The position numbers were made by a program, and so were the translations under genes. From NCBI GenBank assembly GCA_016186625.1, contig JACPLG010000008.1, forward strand, positions 16,071 to 80,070: 64,000 bases of DNA, read 5' to 3'. Below, one piece after another: positions 27,372-36,773 of the stretch (its first letter is position 1; each line of letters opens with the position of its first letter). The notes beneath the pieces are model-generated. The model was not told where the DNA came from, ran no database searches, and saw nothing but the letters and a program-made list of their open reading frames with translations. This stretch comes from Candidatus Levyibacteriota bacterium. Its GTDB lineage: Bacteria > Patescibacteriota > Microgenomatia > Levybacterales > UBA12049.

Positions 27372-27619
27372 TAAACTTCGCCAAAAACTTTGTCGTGTGT
27401 TAAAAAGTCACCATTTTCATACTCATTTCTTGCCCTCCTTATACTTGCAAGATATTTTTTGTCTGCAAGAGCAAGTAAATCTTCAAAAAGATCAATATTT
27501 ACCAAAGCGGAGGTGATTTTACCTTTTCGTGCAACCAAAAGAAAATCTTTCTTTTTATTAACTTCTGAAAGAGTATCTGATAAATTATTTCTAAGGACTG
27601 TAGAGTTTACAATATTCAT
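27371..27619 (-). CDS. Type II antitoxin, Phd/YefM family
   Basis: 82 aa with a Phd/YefM N-domain (VNSTVLRNNLSDTLSEV...). It overlaps the toxin start. An upstream operator-like palindrome GTACAC-N5-GTGTAC lies within a second promoter. Confidence 0.8.
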   Translation of the reverse strand: MNIVNSTVLRNNLSDTLSEVNKKKDFLLVARKGKITSALVNIDLFEDLLALADKKYLASIRRARNEYENGDFLTHDKVFGEV

Positions 27620-27682
27620 GTTAAATTCAATTATACACTACAAGTGTACATTGTCAACGGGGCAATTATAGCAGAGTAAAAT

Positions 27683-28723
27683 TTAAAGAGAAAACTCTTG
27701 CTTGTAAAAATTAATTGTATTTGTTACAGCTTCTGACCAGCCGTTGGGTTGCAGATTATGATCTGCTCCTTGATATTTAAAATAAGCAGCATCTACTCCA
27801 TTTCCTTCAAGAGTCTCTACCAGTTCATCCGTCCACCAGTATGGTATTTCCTGATCCCCTGTCCCCTGGTGGACTTGAATTGGCGCTTTAATCCAGCGAT
27901 AATATTTCTCGGGAGAAAACAACTGGGTATCATAAAGCTCTTCAAAATCCGAAAGAGATTTTCGCATGGCCTTTCCCTGGTCATCTAACTCATCTGTGTA
28001 ATATAAAATGGAATAAGGAAAAGATTTGCTAACCGGTGCCCAAAGAACAGTCGGATATGTCACGCCACTAATTGCAAGTACAGATAATGCAATATGCCCT
28101 CCGTTACTATGTCCCCAAAGTCCAACATTCTCTAAATCTGCAGAAATAGTTCCTACGTAATCTGAATCAAGTCCTTTGTTTAAAGTGGGCAAAGATGATA
28201 AAAGAGTGAGCGCAGTTGTATATGTTTGAAATCTTCCCTCAAAAGGATTTGCGGATGGGCTGGCTGACTCTCCAAACCCCAAAAAATCAGACGCAAGCGT
28301 AATAAAGCCATTTTTTGAAATTTCCTCTGCTGATGGTTGAGTTCCGGCTCCGGGTTTATAAGTGTCCTGCGGGATAAAACCGCGAAACATGACAATCACA
28401 GGATACTCCCCTTCTATCTTAGGAATATTTATAAGGCCTGAAACTTTTTCCATTTTTTCACTTCCTGGAGTTTTGGGAGTTGAAAAATAGAAAATTTGAG
28501 AAAAAGAGTCTTCGTCCTCGCTGATAACGGACCCAAGTGTTATTTGATTTTGGGGGAATTTGGTATTTTTTAAATTCTCAAAAGTGTACGAAAGAAGTGG
28601 TTTTGGAATAATTTTTTCCCTTATGATATCTTTCTTAAAATAAAAGTTTTGGAAAATATAAAAAGATTCAGTGGCAATAATGGCAAACAAAACAATGAAT
28701 AACAATGCTAAAGCTTTTCTCAT
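27683..28723 (-). CDS. Secreted or membrane-anchored alpha/beta hydrolase (S9/dienelactone-hydrolase-like)
   Basis: GHSNGG nucleophile elbow with downstream Asp/His candidates. N-terminal signal/anchor. Confidence 0.65.
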   Translation of the reverse strand: MRKALALLFIVLFAIIATESFYIFQNFYFKKDIIREKIIPKPLLSYTFENLKNTKFPQNQITLGSVISEDEDSFSQIFYFSTPKTPGSEKMEKVSGLINIPKIEGEYPVIVMFRGFIPQDTYKPGAGTQPSAEEISKNGFITLASDFLGFGESASPSANPFEGRFQTYTTALTLLSSLPTLNKGLDSDYVGTISADLENVGLWGHSNGGHIALSVLAISGVTYPTVLWAPVSKSFPYSILYYTDELDDQGKAMRKSLSDFEELYDTQLFSPEKYYRWIKAPIQVHQGTGDQEIPYWWTDELVETLEGNGVDAAYFKYQGADHNLQPNGWSEAVTNTINFYKQEFSL

Positions 28724-29395
28724 TTAGGAAATTAAAGCGGTTATTGCTTCCATGAATTTAGTTGTGGAAAAGTCTGAATCGTGAAGGACTTTATAGCCAA
28801 GTGTAATACCGGCGATTTTTTCATATTTTTTTGCTCTTATCGCAAGAAGTTTGGGGTAACATCTTTCCAATGCTTCAAAATCTGTCTCATTTATTTTCTT
28901 ATTAAATGCGTTTCCCCAAATAACAGGTTTTGGATCTTGAAGATAAAGCCTATACATCTTTTTCTTAACAGAATCTGGTGTTTTAAAATAAATCACTTTC
29001 GTAAGACGGGTTAACTTCTTCAATGCACCCTCTCCTATATAAATTACGCTTCCTGTTGTATCTATCACAATATTTTTATTATTAGTAGATTTCTCAATAC
29101 CGGATAATATTTCTTCCATTACTTTTTCTTCAAGCTGTAAGTATTTTTTGCTTGTAGCGGGATACCTCCTGTCAAACGGTTGACCCATCCATTTAGATAC
29201 ATCTGCTATCCCGGAATACCCCAAATGTTTAAGCTCTCTTTCTAACTTTTCTTCAATTAAATCATCGCAACAATATCTTCTGAAGCCATAAGACCCAAGT
29301 TTTTTTGACCAATAAGTCTTGCCGCTACCAGACATGCCAACAAGCGAAATTTTCATCCTGTTAGATATCTTGTTTCTTTTGGTCATTCTTGTCAA
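28724..29395 (-). CDS. P-loop kinase (shikimate-kinase-like fold). The start may be the internal MKISLVG.
   Basis: LVGMSGSGKT Walker A, and an AroK-like N-terminal layout. Confidence 0.45.
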   Translation of the reverse strand: MTRMTKRNKISNRMKISLVGMSGSGKTYWSKKLGSYGFRRYCCDDLIEEKLERELKHLGYSGIADVSKWMGQPFDRRYPATSKKYLQLEEKVMEEILSGIEKSTNNKNIVIDTTGSVIYIGEGALKKLTRLTKVIYFKTPDSVKKKMYRLYLQDPKPVIWGNAFNKKINETDFEALERCYPKLLAIRAKKYEKIAGITLGYKVLHDSDFSTTKFMEAITALIS

Positions 29396-29496
29396 ACCCG
29401 TTAAAATCTAACGGGATTCATGGGGAAATTATAGCAGAAGGAAATTTTAATACCTAAATGTTGTATACTTATTTTGCGAAAGGAGGTGAAGTAAAA

Positions 29497-29745
29497 ATGG
29501 CTCTGTTTTTAGGTGTACATAAAATTTCTGCTGGAATGCAAGAATCAGAAATTGTGGAAGGATACAACAAATATAAGGAAAGTGCCAGAGCAAAAGGGTT
29601 AAATCCACTTTCTGCTGTATTTTCTTTAGAGAAAGGATTTGCCCATTGTCAAACCGAAGCACAAAGTGCTGATCAGGTACGGGAAGCACATACAGCAGTA
29701 GAAATTCCGCTGGAGGATGTAGTTGAAGTCAAACCTATTACTTAA
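29497..29745 (+). CDS. DUF4242-family protein
   Basis: The pattern MALFLGVHK...GL..L...FS.EKG.AHCQTEA.SADQVREAH matches DUF4242. An AGGAGGTG RBS lies 8 nt upstream. Confidence 0.6.
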   Translation: MALFLGVHKISAGMQESEIVEGYNKYKESARAKGLNPLSAVFSLEKGFAHCQTEAQSADQVREAHTAVEIPLEDVVEVKPIT

Positions 29746-29878
29746 TGGCAATATTTGTGCAGACACGAACTTTTGCCTCGGAATTTCCGGCTTCCTGTTC
29801 TAAAATCAGTATACCGCCAATAGATTTTGGGCAATTATAGTACCCCACTTCGCACTAGGCTACGAGAGACGAGGGGAA

Positions 29879-30130
29879 TTATTTGTAAATTGTTGAACGA
29901 TGGCCTGCGGTAAGTATTAAAATTATTTTATCTTTTTTATTTACTTTATAAACTATTCTATAAACCCCAATCTTGTATGAATATTTTCCAGTGAGTTCTC
30001 GCGTTAGGGGTTTTCCGATATCAGGATTTTCTTTTATATCCTCAAATATATTTGAGAGTGCAAGACGGTGGCGATAAGATATATTTTTAAGCTCTTTTTT
30101 TGCCCTTGTGGTTAGTTTTAGCCGCAACAT
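29879..30130 (-). CDS. Type II toxin, RelE/ParE family
   Basis: 83 aa with the C-terminal YRIVYKVNKKDKIILILTAGHR. Confidence 0.75.
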   Translation of the reverse strand: MLRLKLTTRAKKELKNISYRHRLALSNIFEDIKENPDIGKPLTRELTGKYSYKIGVYRIVYKVNKKDKIILILTAGHRSTIYK

Positions 30131-30398
30131 GCAAACCTAATTCTTTTTTTACATCTTCCCAATCATGAACTTTTCCCAGAGCTTCATCTTTTTCTCCTTG
30201 CCGAATTGCCTTCATTAAAGAGGGGTCTGATAAGATTTCCGTGGTTTCTTTCCATGATTCAAATTCAGCATGAGACATAATTACCGCAGCCGGAACCCCG
30301 TTTACGGTTATAATATACTCATCAAGCTTATTTTTTGCGTTATCAACGATTTGAGTTAATTCTTCTCTTGCTTTGGTGACAGGTAAAGTTTGTGTCAT
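30087..30398 (-). CDS. Type II antitoxin, Phd/YefM family
   Basis: Phd N-domain (VTKAREELTQIVDNA...YIITVNGVPAAVIMS). Confidence 0.75.
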   Translation of the reverse strand: MTQTLPVTKAREELTQIVDNAKNKLDEYIITVNGVPAAVIMSHAEFESWKETTEILSDPSLMKAIRQGEKDEALGKVHDWEDVKKELGLHVAAKTNHKGKKRA

Positions 30399-30469
30399 TA
30401 AACCATCTTACAGAATTATGTACAATTTGTCAATGGGGCAATTATAGCAAATAAGGATGGTTTACAATT

Positions 30470-31231
30470 TTAAGTATCAAGCATATCCCATTCATCTCCT
30501 AAAACCCAACGTAAAGTTGATAATTTGCCATTGATCATTCCCCATTCAAAATCTGTGTAAGGTCCCAGATTCTTTTTCCCATATTTCTTTTCTACTTTTT
30601 TTGCTGCCGACAAAGCACCTTCGACAATATCCTTAGGAGTGTTTTTACCAAGATGACCACCAGTTTTCATTAGCTGATGGCGGTCGTACCAAATTTTGTC
30701 AAAGTATTCCTCTTCTGCTTCTAGAATGATTTTAATACTCCGAATAGGACCCGAAATCAAGTCATATTTTCTAAGCAGCGAAATTTTCTTTCTAGATAAC
30801 TTTTCAAGCATCGGTCGTTCCCAGACTTTAATTTTAAAAGGTGGATTATTTGTTTTCTTGTAAGTTTCGATATAATCCTTGGCCGGATTAGATAGAAAAT
30901 TTGAAACTATAAAAATCACGCCATCTGGTCTTTCTGCTTCTGCCCATGTTAGGAGATTTCGAAGTGCTTCAGGCGGTACGCCCTTAGTATGATGCTTGCA
31001 GTCTGTGAACCATTTTTCAAAATATTTACTTTCGTCAATATCAATTCTTTCTTCTTGGAAAACGATGTCCCTGCCTCTGTCAGAAGGACTAGTATTGAGA
31101 CCAGTTCCCTTTCGCCAATCTACATTGAAATATCCTAATTTCTGAAGTAGATCAAAACAAAACTCCTCAAATTCTATTGAAGTTAGGTGTTTAAAAGATG
31201 TAGTATTCATAGCTTGGTAGGTTGGGTGCAA
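30470..31231 (-). CDS. Restriction-endonuclease-like (Mrr_cat-type) domain protein
   Basis: The N-terminal FEEFCFDLLQKLGY...DRGRDIVF resembles the Mrr catalytic domain. The C-terminus is unknown. Confidence 0.4.
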   Translation of the reverse strand: MHPTYQAMNTTSFKHLTSIEFEEFCFDLLQKLGYFNVDWRKGTGLNTSPSDRGRDIVFQEERIDIDESKYFEKWFTDCKHHTKGVPPEALRNLLTWAEAERPDGVIFIVSNFLSNPAKDYIETYKKTNNPPFKIKVWERPMLEKLSRKKISLLRKYDLISGPIRSIKIILEAEEEYFDKIWYDRHQLMKTGGHLGKNTPKDIVEGALSAAKKVEKKYGKKNLGPYTDFEWGMINGKLSTLRWVLGDEWDMLDT

Positions 31232-31378
31232 TAATATTACAAATTGAGCCTATTTGCAAATTTTGTGGTGCAATTATAGCAGAGTTAATGGATAATATTT
31301 TGTTTGCCTGAATTACAATACTACGCTATAGCGTAGTATTGTACTGCTATCTAATTATTCTATATTACCGCAGGGCAA

Positions 31379-31849
31379 TTATAGCAGAAGGAGAAAATAA
31401 CAGATTCCCAAAAAGTAAACGACTAAAAAAAGAATTATTAACAATAAATGAATTTCATGTGTGGTAAAAAATCGTGCAGGTCTAGGCATTCTGTATGGAC
31501 GATCGATCAGTACTTCTGCTCCTTCCGAATACTTTTTACCCTTTCCATTTAGCAAGTTCCAACTTGAAGGTTCAGATTCTCTTACCTGCGCCATTCGAAA
31601 TTGAAAATAGTTTGTTCTTTTTTGGTAAGAAAGCAACCAAATAAGACTAACAATAAAACCAATTATACAAAGTATTAGCAAAAACGTATTCGAACCTAAA
31701 TTTTTGTCCCAAACCACAGCAATAACTGATCCTAAAATTGTGTTAGCAATTAAAAATATATTCGAAGTTTGCCAGAAAAGACTATCTTCATTTTGTTGTA
31801 TTTTTAAAGCAATTTCATATTGCTTTATTTGCATTTCTTCTTTTGTCAT
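31379..31849 (-). CDS. Hypothetical membrane protein (3 TM)
   Basis: The ATG follows the module CTGCTATAATTACCCA. The stop codon lies inside the next module (CTTCTGCTATAA). Confidence 0.4.
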   Translation of the reverse strand: MTKEEMQIKQYEIALKIQQNEDSLFWQTSNIFLIANTILGSVIAVVWDKNLGSNTFLLILCIIGFIVSLIWLLSYQKRTNYFQFRMAQVRESEPSSWNLLNGKGKKYSEGAEVLIDRPYRMPRPARFFTTHEIHLLLIILFLVVYFLGICYFLLLL

Positions 31850-31852
31850 TGG

Positions 31853-31966
31853 GTAATTATAGCAGAGTTGTGCTTAGGGTTTTTGATGTCAGAATGTACC
31901 TTCCCACTTGGAATGTGGGAAGCAAGATTCTATCATTCATTGGGGGCAATTATAGCCCTTCGGCTC
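31853..31966. repeat. Right copy of the roughly 105-bp direct repeat (27-codon ORF variant MNDRILLPTFQVGRYILTSKTLSTTLL)
   Basis: See the left copy at 25877-25980. Confidence 0.85.
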
Positions 31967-31994
31967 TGCTCAGGGCAAGCAGAAATTATTTTCT

Positions 31995-33962
31995 TTAATT
32001 AAAAACTACGGTTGATTCGTTGGAGCAAGTAGTAGTTCCTTCTTCACAAACTTTATAAATATAGGTGCCGCTTCCTCTCTGGTTAATATTATCAGTGTAG
32101 AATCCATCATTTGCTGTAGTTGCCACTAAAACGCTGTCTCGATACACATAAACATTAGTTGTATTTGCACCAGACCAGTTAAGATCAGCCTTTTGCAGCC
32201 CTTTGACTTTATATCCTGTAGTTGTTAAAGAAATATCAGGTGCTTCAACAACAGTTATTACTACATCATCCGAGGCTGATGCTCCGTCGTTGTCTGTAAC
32301 CGTTAAAGTGACGGTATGTGTACCTAAGGCGAAATCAACGGTAAGAGTAGCGCCGCTTCCCAGCCATATCCCACCCTCGTACCAATCATAAGAAACAATA
32401 CTTCCGTCAGGATCATAAGAGCCGGAACCATCCAGAGTGACGGCTTCTGTGCCATTACCGTCATTATCAATAACTGTCTGATCTGCGCCGGCGTCGGCAA
32501 CCGGCGAATCATTAAAATTGTCTACCACTACGTTCACCTGATCGCTTTTTGTTTGAGATGCAGTATCTGTGGCAACAGCTTTTATCACGTGGCTTCCTTC
32601 TGCTGCAGTTGTTGTATCCCAGTTTGCTTCATACGGGATTTGGGTATCAGAGCTAAGCAAAACACCGTCAATATAAAAATCAACGCTAACTACCCCGTTA
32701 TCATCTGAGGCATCAGCAGTAATAAGAATTGTTCCCGAAACCGTAGCTCCTTCTGACGGACTGGTAATGGAAACAGCAGGGAGTTGATCAACCGGCCCGG
32801 GAACACTTGCTGCCGCTGCCGCGTCCACCCTGCCATAACCATAATGCTTGTCCCGGCCCGAACTGCCAAGATCTACGGCCGTACTATTCATTCTACCCCG
32901 AACATCGTCAAAACCGGCCTTTATAACTAAGGCCGCGGTACCGGCAACATGCGGACTAGCCATGGATGTTCCGCTATAGTTTCCGTAACCTCCTCCGGGA
33001 AGCGTTGACTTGATACTTACCCCGGGACCTGAAATTTCAACCGCAGGACCGGTACTTGACCAGCTTGCCCGCTTATCATCGCTGTTGGTTGCCGCAACTG
33101 CCACCAATGAATCCCAACGGGCAGGATAGATGACATTATCTCCGTTTCCGGGTGGGTTGCCGGAGTTGCCTGCCGCCGCAATATGGAGTATTCCCAAAGC
33201 CGCAGAATTGTCAAAAGCCGCCTTAACCGTAATTCCCGGGTCTCCGGAGCTCCCATAGCTGTTATTGGTGATCCCAACACCGTCATTTACCGCTTTTTCA
33301 AGCGCCGCTATAACATCGCTGTAGCTTCCGCTACCGTTTGACCCCAATACTTTATAAGCATAAACCTTAGCCTCAGGCGCTACCCCAACAACGCCTACGT
33401 CATTGTCTTCTGCTGCAATTGTTCCTGAGACATGCGTTCCATGGCCATTATCATCCATTGGATCAGCGTCATCATTATAAAAATCATAACCGCCGGCATA
33501 ATTTGCATCCAAGTCCGGATGGGTATAATCAATTCCTGAATCAATTACGCCAACCTTAACTCCCGTTCCTTTATTACCGCCGTCATGCACTGTTCCTGAG
33601 CCAATCTTTTTTACCCCCCAAGTACCGTCAAGTTCGGCATCTACGGCGTAAACTTTAATATCCGGTTCTATTACCTTAACGTTGGGGTTATTAAGAAGTG
33701 CTTCTTGGGCATTTGTCGGAATGTTTGCCGCAATTGCGGGGACTAAATTATATGTGTATTTAATTTCTCCGCCGTGTGCTTTTACCAGTGCCTGTTCATT
33801 TTTTCCAGGAGTTTTTGTAAATCCAATAATTACATCCTCCCGTGAAGATGCCTGAGGCGCCCTGGGCGTTTGTGAATTAACTTGTGCCGCAAATGGCGTA
33901 AAAACTAAACCAACAGCCAATATTGCAGCAGTTAAAATTTTGCTAAGTCTTTTTAACCACAT
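31995..33962 (-). CDS. Secreted S8 (subtilisin-like) serine peptidase with C-terminal Ig/PKD-like beta domains
   Basis: Signal peptide. Catalytic triad motifs DSGI, HGTHVSGTIAA and GTSMASPHVAG. Confidence 0.85.
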   Translation of the reverse strand: MWLKRLSKILTAAILAVGLVFTPFAAQVNSQTPRAPQASSREDVIIGFTKTPGKNEQALVKAHGGEIKYTYNLVPAIAANIPTNAQEALLNNPNVKVIEPDIKVYAVDAELDGTWGVKKIGSGTVHDGGNKGTGVKVGVIDSGIDYTHPDLDANYAGGYDFYNDDADPMDDNGHGTHVSGTIAAEDNDVGVVGVAPEAKVYAYKVLGSNGSGSYSDVIAALEKAVNDGVGITNNSYGSSGDPGITVKAAFDNSAALGILHIAAAGNSGNPPGNGDNVIYPARWDSLVAVAATNSDDKRASWSSTGPAVEISGPGVSIKSTLPGGGYGNYSGTSMASPHVAGTAALVIKAGFDDVRGRMNSTAVDLGSSGRDKHYGYGRVDAAAAASVPGPVDQLPAVSITSPSEGATVSGTILITADASDDNGVVSVDFYIDGVLLSSDTQIPYEANWDTTTAAEGSHVIKAVATDTASQTKSDQVNVVVDNFNDSPVADAGADQTVIDNDGNGTEAVTLDGSGSYDPDGSIVSYDWYEGGIWLGSGATLTVDFALGTHTVTLTVTDNDGASASDDVVITVVEAPDISLTTTGYKVKGLQKADLNWSGANTTNVYVYRDSVLVATTANDGFYTDNINQRGSGTYIYKVCEEGTTTCSNESTVVFN

Positions 33963-34289
33963 AGTAAAACTTTCAAAATTGTTCTGTTCAAATGCTATTT
34001 TACCACATAATGCAAGTCCTGTGAAATTTAATTGGAATCTGAGACAGTCTTAAGAACAAAGTTTAAAGGGGAAATTCTTCCAAAAATTTATAATTTGCGC
34101 CGCTTCTTGAGAGGTGTGACTCCATCAAAACAAAAGAATCAACTCTGTCTTGCCATAAAACTTCCTCGTCTAATTTTTTAACTTCGAACTTAGAAAATGA
34201 ACCGGGATTGAATCGAATCAAAGTCATATGTATAAGAAATTTTTTGTTTTTGTCGGCATCTCAAAGTAGACAACAGGATTCATCCCAAT

Positions 34290-34745
34290 TCAAATTTTTT
34301 CTCCATGTCTTCGGAAGCGATTTATTGCCTCTGAAATTTCCTTTGATTCATTTGTTAAATAGTCAATATTAGCAGTATCATCGCTAATGAAATCGTCAAA
34401 TCTCCCGCTTCTTGAGGTATAATACGGTTGAATCATGGGGTGATCTGCTTTAAATCCAATTCTTCCTTCCAGATCGTTAGGATCTATCATGTCAAAATAA
34501 TAAACGGAATATGGATGTTTTTTCCCATCTCTCCCGATTTCAAGAAAAACTTCCCTTCCAAACCTATAGCCGTTCCAATAAATAATTAAATTATGGGAGA
34601 TTTCTCCACTTGGGCCAATGTATATTGAATCAATAAATGAAGATATAACATCCGAGGCAGAAGTTCCGTGAGGATTGACAGGTTGCTCAATTGCTCCTCT
34701 AAATTTTTGCAAAAACCTTCGTCCTGCCTCAATCATAGTCAGCAA
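34290..34745 (-). CDS. Hypothetical protein
   Basis: ORF only. Confidence 0.35.
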   Translation of the reverse strand: MLTMIEAGRRFLQKFRGAIEQPVNPHGTSASDVISSFIDSIYIGPSGEISHNLIIYWNGYRFGREVFLEIGRDGKKHPYSVYYFDMIDPNDLEGRIGFKADHPMIQPYYTSRSGRFDDFISDDTANIDYLTNESKEISEAINRFRRHGEKI

Positions 34746-34981
34746 TTATATTCTCTTTGACTTGACAACACAAATTTCCCGGCCTAGAATAAAACCATAA
34801 AGAAGAATTATCGCAGAATTTGCGCTTATTACTGCGACGCGAGCATCGCAGAATGATCGATTCGCCTATGTATAAATCGGAACGCTCTGGTTCGAAAAAA
34901 TTTCAAATGTGGCACTCGCCTACTCTTTCTGCTAATGGACAATTTTTTGAAGATTTAGCCATTAAATTTAACTTATAGTTT

Positions 34982-35914
34982 ATGGAAACAAAACTGCCCG
35001 ACCTTATCGATGATTTTTTGGAATACCTTGAGATCGAGAAAAACTGCAGCAAGCTTACAATTAGAGACTACAGGCACTACTTGGAAGTGTTTAACGACTG
35101 GTATATTAGAACAATTCCTGACAAATCACTGGAAAAATTAGACCTCTCTGATATAAGACGCTACAGAGTTTTTCTTTCCAACAAGATTGATGAGAAAGGA
35201 GTAGGTCTAAAAAGAGTTACCCAAAATTATTACATAATAGCACTTCGTTCATTCCTCCGATTTCTTATAAAAAATGATTACAAAACCCTTGAACCGTCAA
35301 AAATCGATTTGCCAAAAACAGAAAGTAGGTCTTTGAAGTTTTTGGAAAGAGAGCATGTGGAGCGTTTGGTCACTGCACCGGATACCACAAAGGAGGAAGG
35401 GATTAGGGACAGGGCAATTATTGAATTATTATTTTCAACAGGTCTTCGCGTATCAGAATTAACCAAGTTAAACAGGGACCAAATTAATCTTGAGAGACGT
35501 GAGTTTGGTGTAATTGGAAAAGGAGGACGAGGACGAATTGTGTTCGTTTCTGATAGAGCTTCAGAATGGATAAAAAATTACCTCAATAAGAGGAAGGATA
35601 CTTTTAAGCCAATGTTTATAAGATATTCCGGAAAAGTTATTGAGGAAGATAATGGAGAGAAAATGAGACTCACTCCAAGGTCAATTGAGCGAATAGTTAA
35701 AAAATATGTCAGGGCAACTCGCCTGCCGGTGGATGCTACAGTTCACACTCTAAGACATAGTTTTGCAACAGATCTCTTGACAAACGGCGCAGACCTTCGC
35801 TCAGTCCAGGAAATGCTTGGCCACAAAAATATTGCTACAACTCAGATCTATACACATATAACAGATAAGCAACTTAGGGAGGTACACAAATCATTCCACA
35901 GCGGAAATAAATAA
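34982..35914 (+). CDS. Tyrosine site-specific recombinase (XerC/XerD-like integrase)
   Basis: The C-terminal catalytic box HTLRHSFATDLLTNGADLRSVQEMLGHKNIATTQIYTH, and an R...K...H.R..H.Y arrangement. Confidence 0.85.
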   Translation: METKLPDLIDDFLEYLEIEKNCSKLTIRDYRHYLEVFNDWYIRTIPDKSLEKLDLSDIRRYRVFLSNKIDEKGVGLKRVTQNYYIIALRSFLRFLIKNDYKTLEPSKIDLPKTESRSLKFLEREHVERLVTAPDTTKEEGIRDRAIIELLFSTGLRVSELTKLNRDQINLERREFGVIGKGGRGRIVFVSDRASEWIKNYLNKRKDTFKPMFIRYSGKVIEEDNGEKMRLTPRSIERIVKKYVRATRLPVDATVHTLRHSFATDLLTNGADLRSVQEMLGHKNIATTQIYTHITDKQLREVHKSFHSGNK

Positions 35915-36052
35915 TTAATTTCGCTCATCAAGTTTTTTTCTGTAAAAATTTACACGAGCTCGTGCGCGGGTTGCTTCGATGAAATTACCTTTTAGGGTTG
36001 CTTTTACTTGAAGTAAAAATGCTTTTTGAAATTTTCGTTCGTCTTTACTCAT
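35915..36052 (-). CDS. Candidate small basic protein of 45 aa (MSKDERKFQKAFLLQVKATLKGNFIEATRARARVNFYRKKLDERN)
   Basis: Preceded by the same 14-nt ATTTCTAACGTG-ATG context as the 11936 gene. Confidence 0.25.
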   Translation of the reverse strand: MSKDERKFQKAFLLQVKATLKGNFIEATRARARVNFYRKKLDERN

Positions 36053-36266
36053 CACGTTAGAAATTGAAATCTAAGATGTTTTATCGTTAAAATTAATAAG
36101 TTAAATCTAGCCCGACTCATATTTAAAGGGTTTCGTATGTAATTATTTTCAAGCCATTTCTGTCTCCCATAGATATATTTATCTTTCTATATCTTGGAGT
36201 AATTTGTCAAGCAGGAATGTGATTAGAATTACTACTTGGAAATGTGGGAGCGCAGTTTAAATAATT

Positions 36267-36686
36267 TTACAATGTGACACAATTAACACTAACCTTATCT
36301 TTTTGGTAAAGAGGCTTACTATCATTTTGGGCCTGGATTGATAAATAGTACTTCCCTGTTCCGCAGACTCGTTTTGAAATTTTCCAATAGCTATCGTTGT
36401 TAATAACAGTAACGTCTTGTTCAACCGCTTCTTCTACATCTTCTGTCTGGGTGGCTTTAGTGGGCTCTGGTTTTGCTTCAGAAGTGGTGACAATTTTGGT
36501 ATCAGGCTTTACTTTTAAGCTGTTGATCCCAAAGATGAGTGCTGGAAGAGCGGCGAGTACGGCCATGAACAAAAAAACTATAGCAAGTTTTTTCTTAATG
36601 CTTCTTTCACCGGATTTTGGTTCTTGATACAAGCCATTAGAATCTTTACCCCAATACTTTATTTCAAAATTCCCATCTCCATCCAT
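36267..36686 (-). CDS. Membrane-anchored protein with a C-terminal LysM-like domain
   Basis: TM anchor followed by ...VTVINNDSYWKISKRVCG... Confidence 0.4.
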   Translation of the reverse strand: MDGDGNFEIKYWGKDSNGLYQEPKSGERSIKKKLAIVFLFMAVLAALPALIFGINSLKVKPDTKIVTTSEAKPEPTKATQTEDVEEAVEQDVTVINNDSYWKISKRVCGTGKYYLSIQAQNDSKPLYQKDKVSVNCVTL

Positions 36687-36773
36687 TATGGGGGAAATTC
36701 TAACACACTATAAGTTAGAAAGTCAATTATGATTGGATTCTTTTAACAATTTATTTATATATATTGAAGAAGA

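Noticed and set aside
25600-31975. The repeated 19-nt module as integron attC sites, or the array as a CRISPR array
   Set aside because: The module has no R''/L''–L'/R' imperfect-palindrome architecture and no GTTRRRY core, and it is far shorter than an attC (57-141 bp). The 'spacers' are full genes and the repeats are not regularly spaced, so it is not CRISPR. I kept it as an integron-like or promoter-cassette hypothesis only.
31995-33962. The subtilase as part of a secretion or defence system
   Set aside because: No partner genes (inhibitor, transporter or immunity) are adjacent. It is treated as stand-alone secreted protease cargo.
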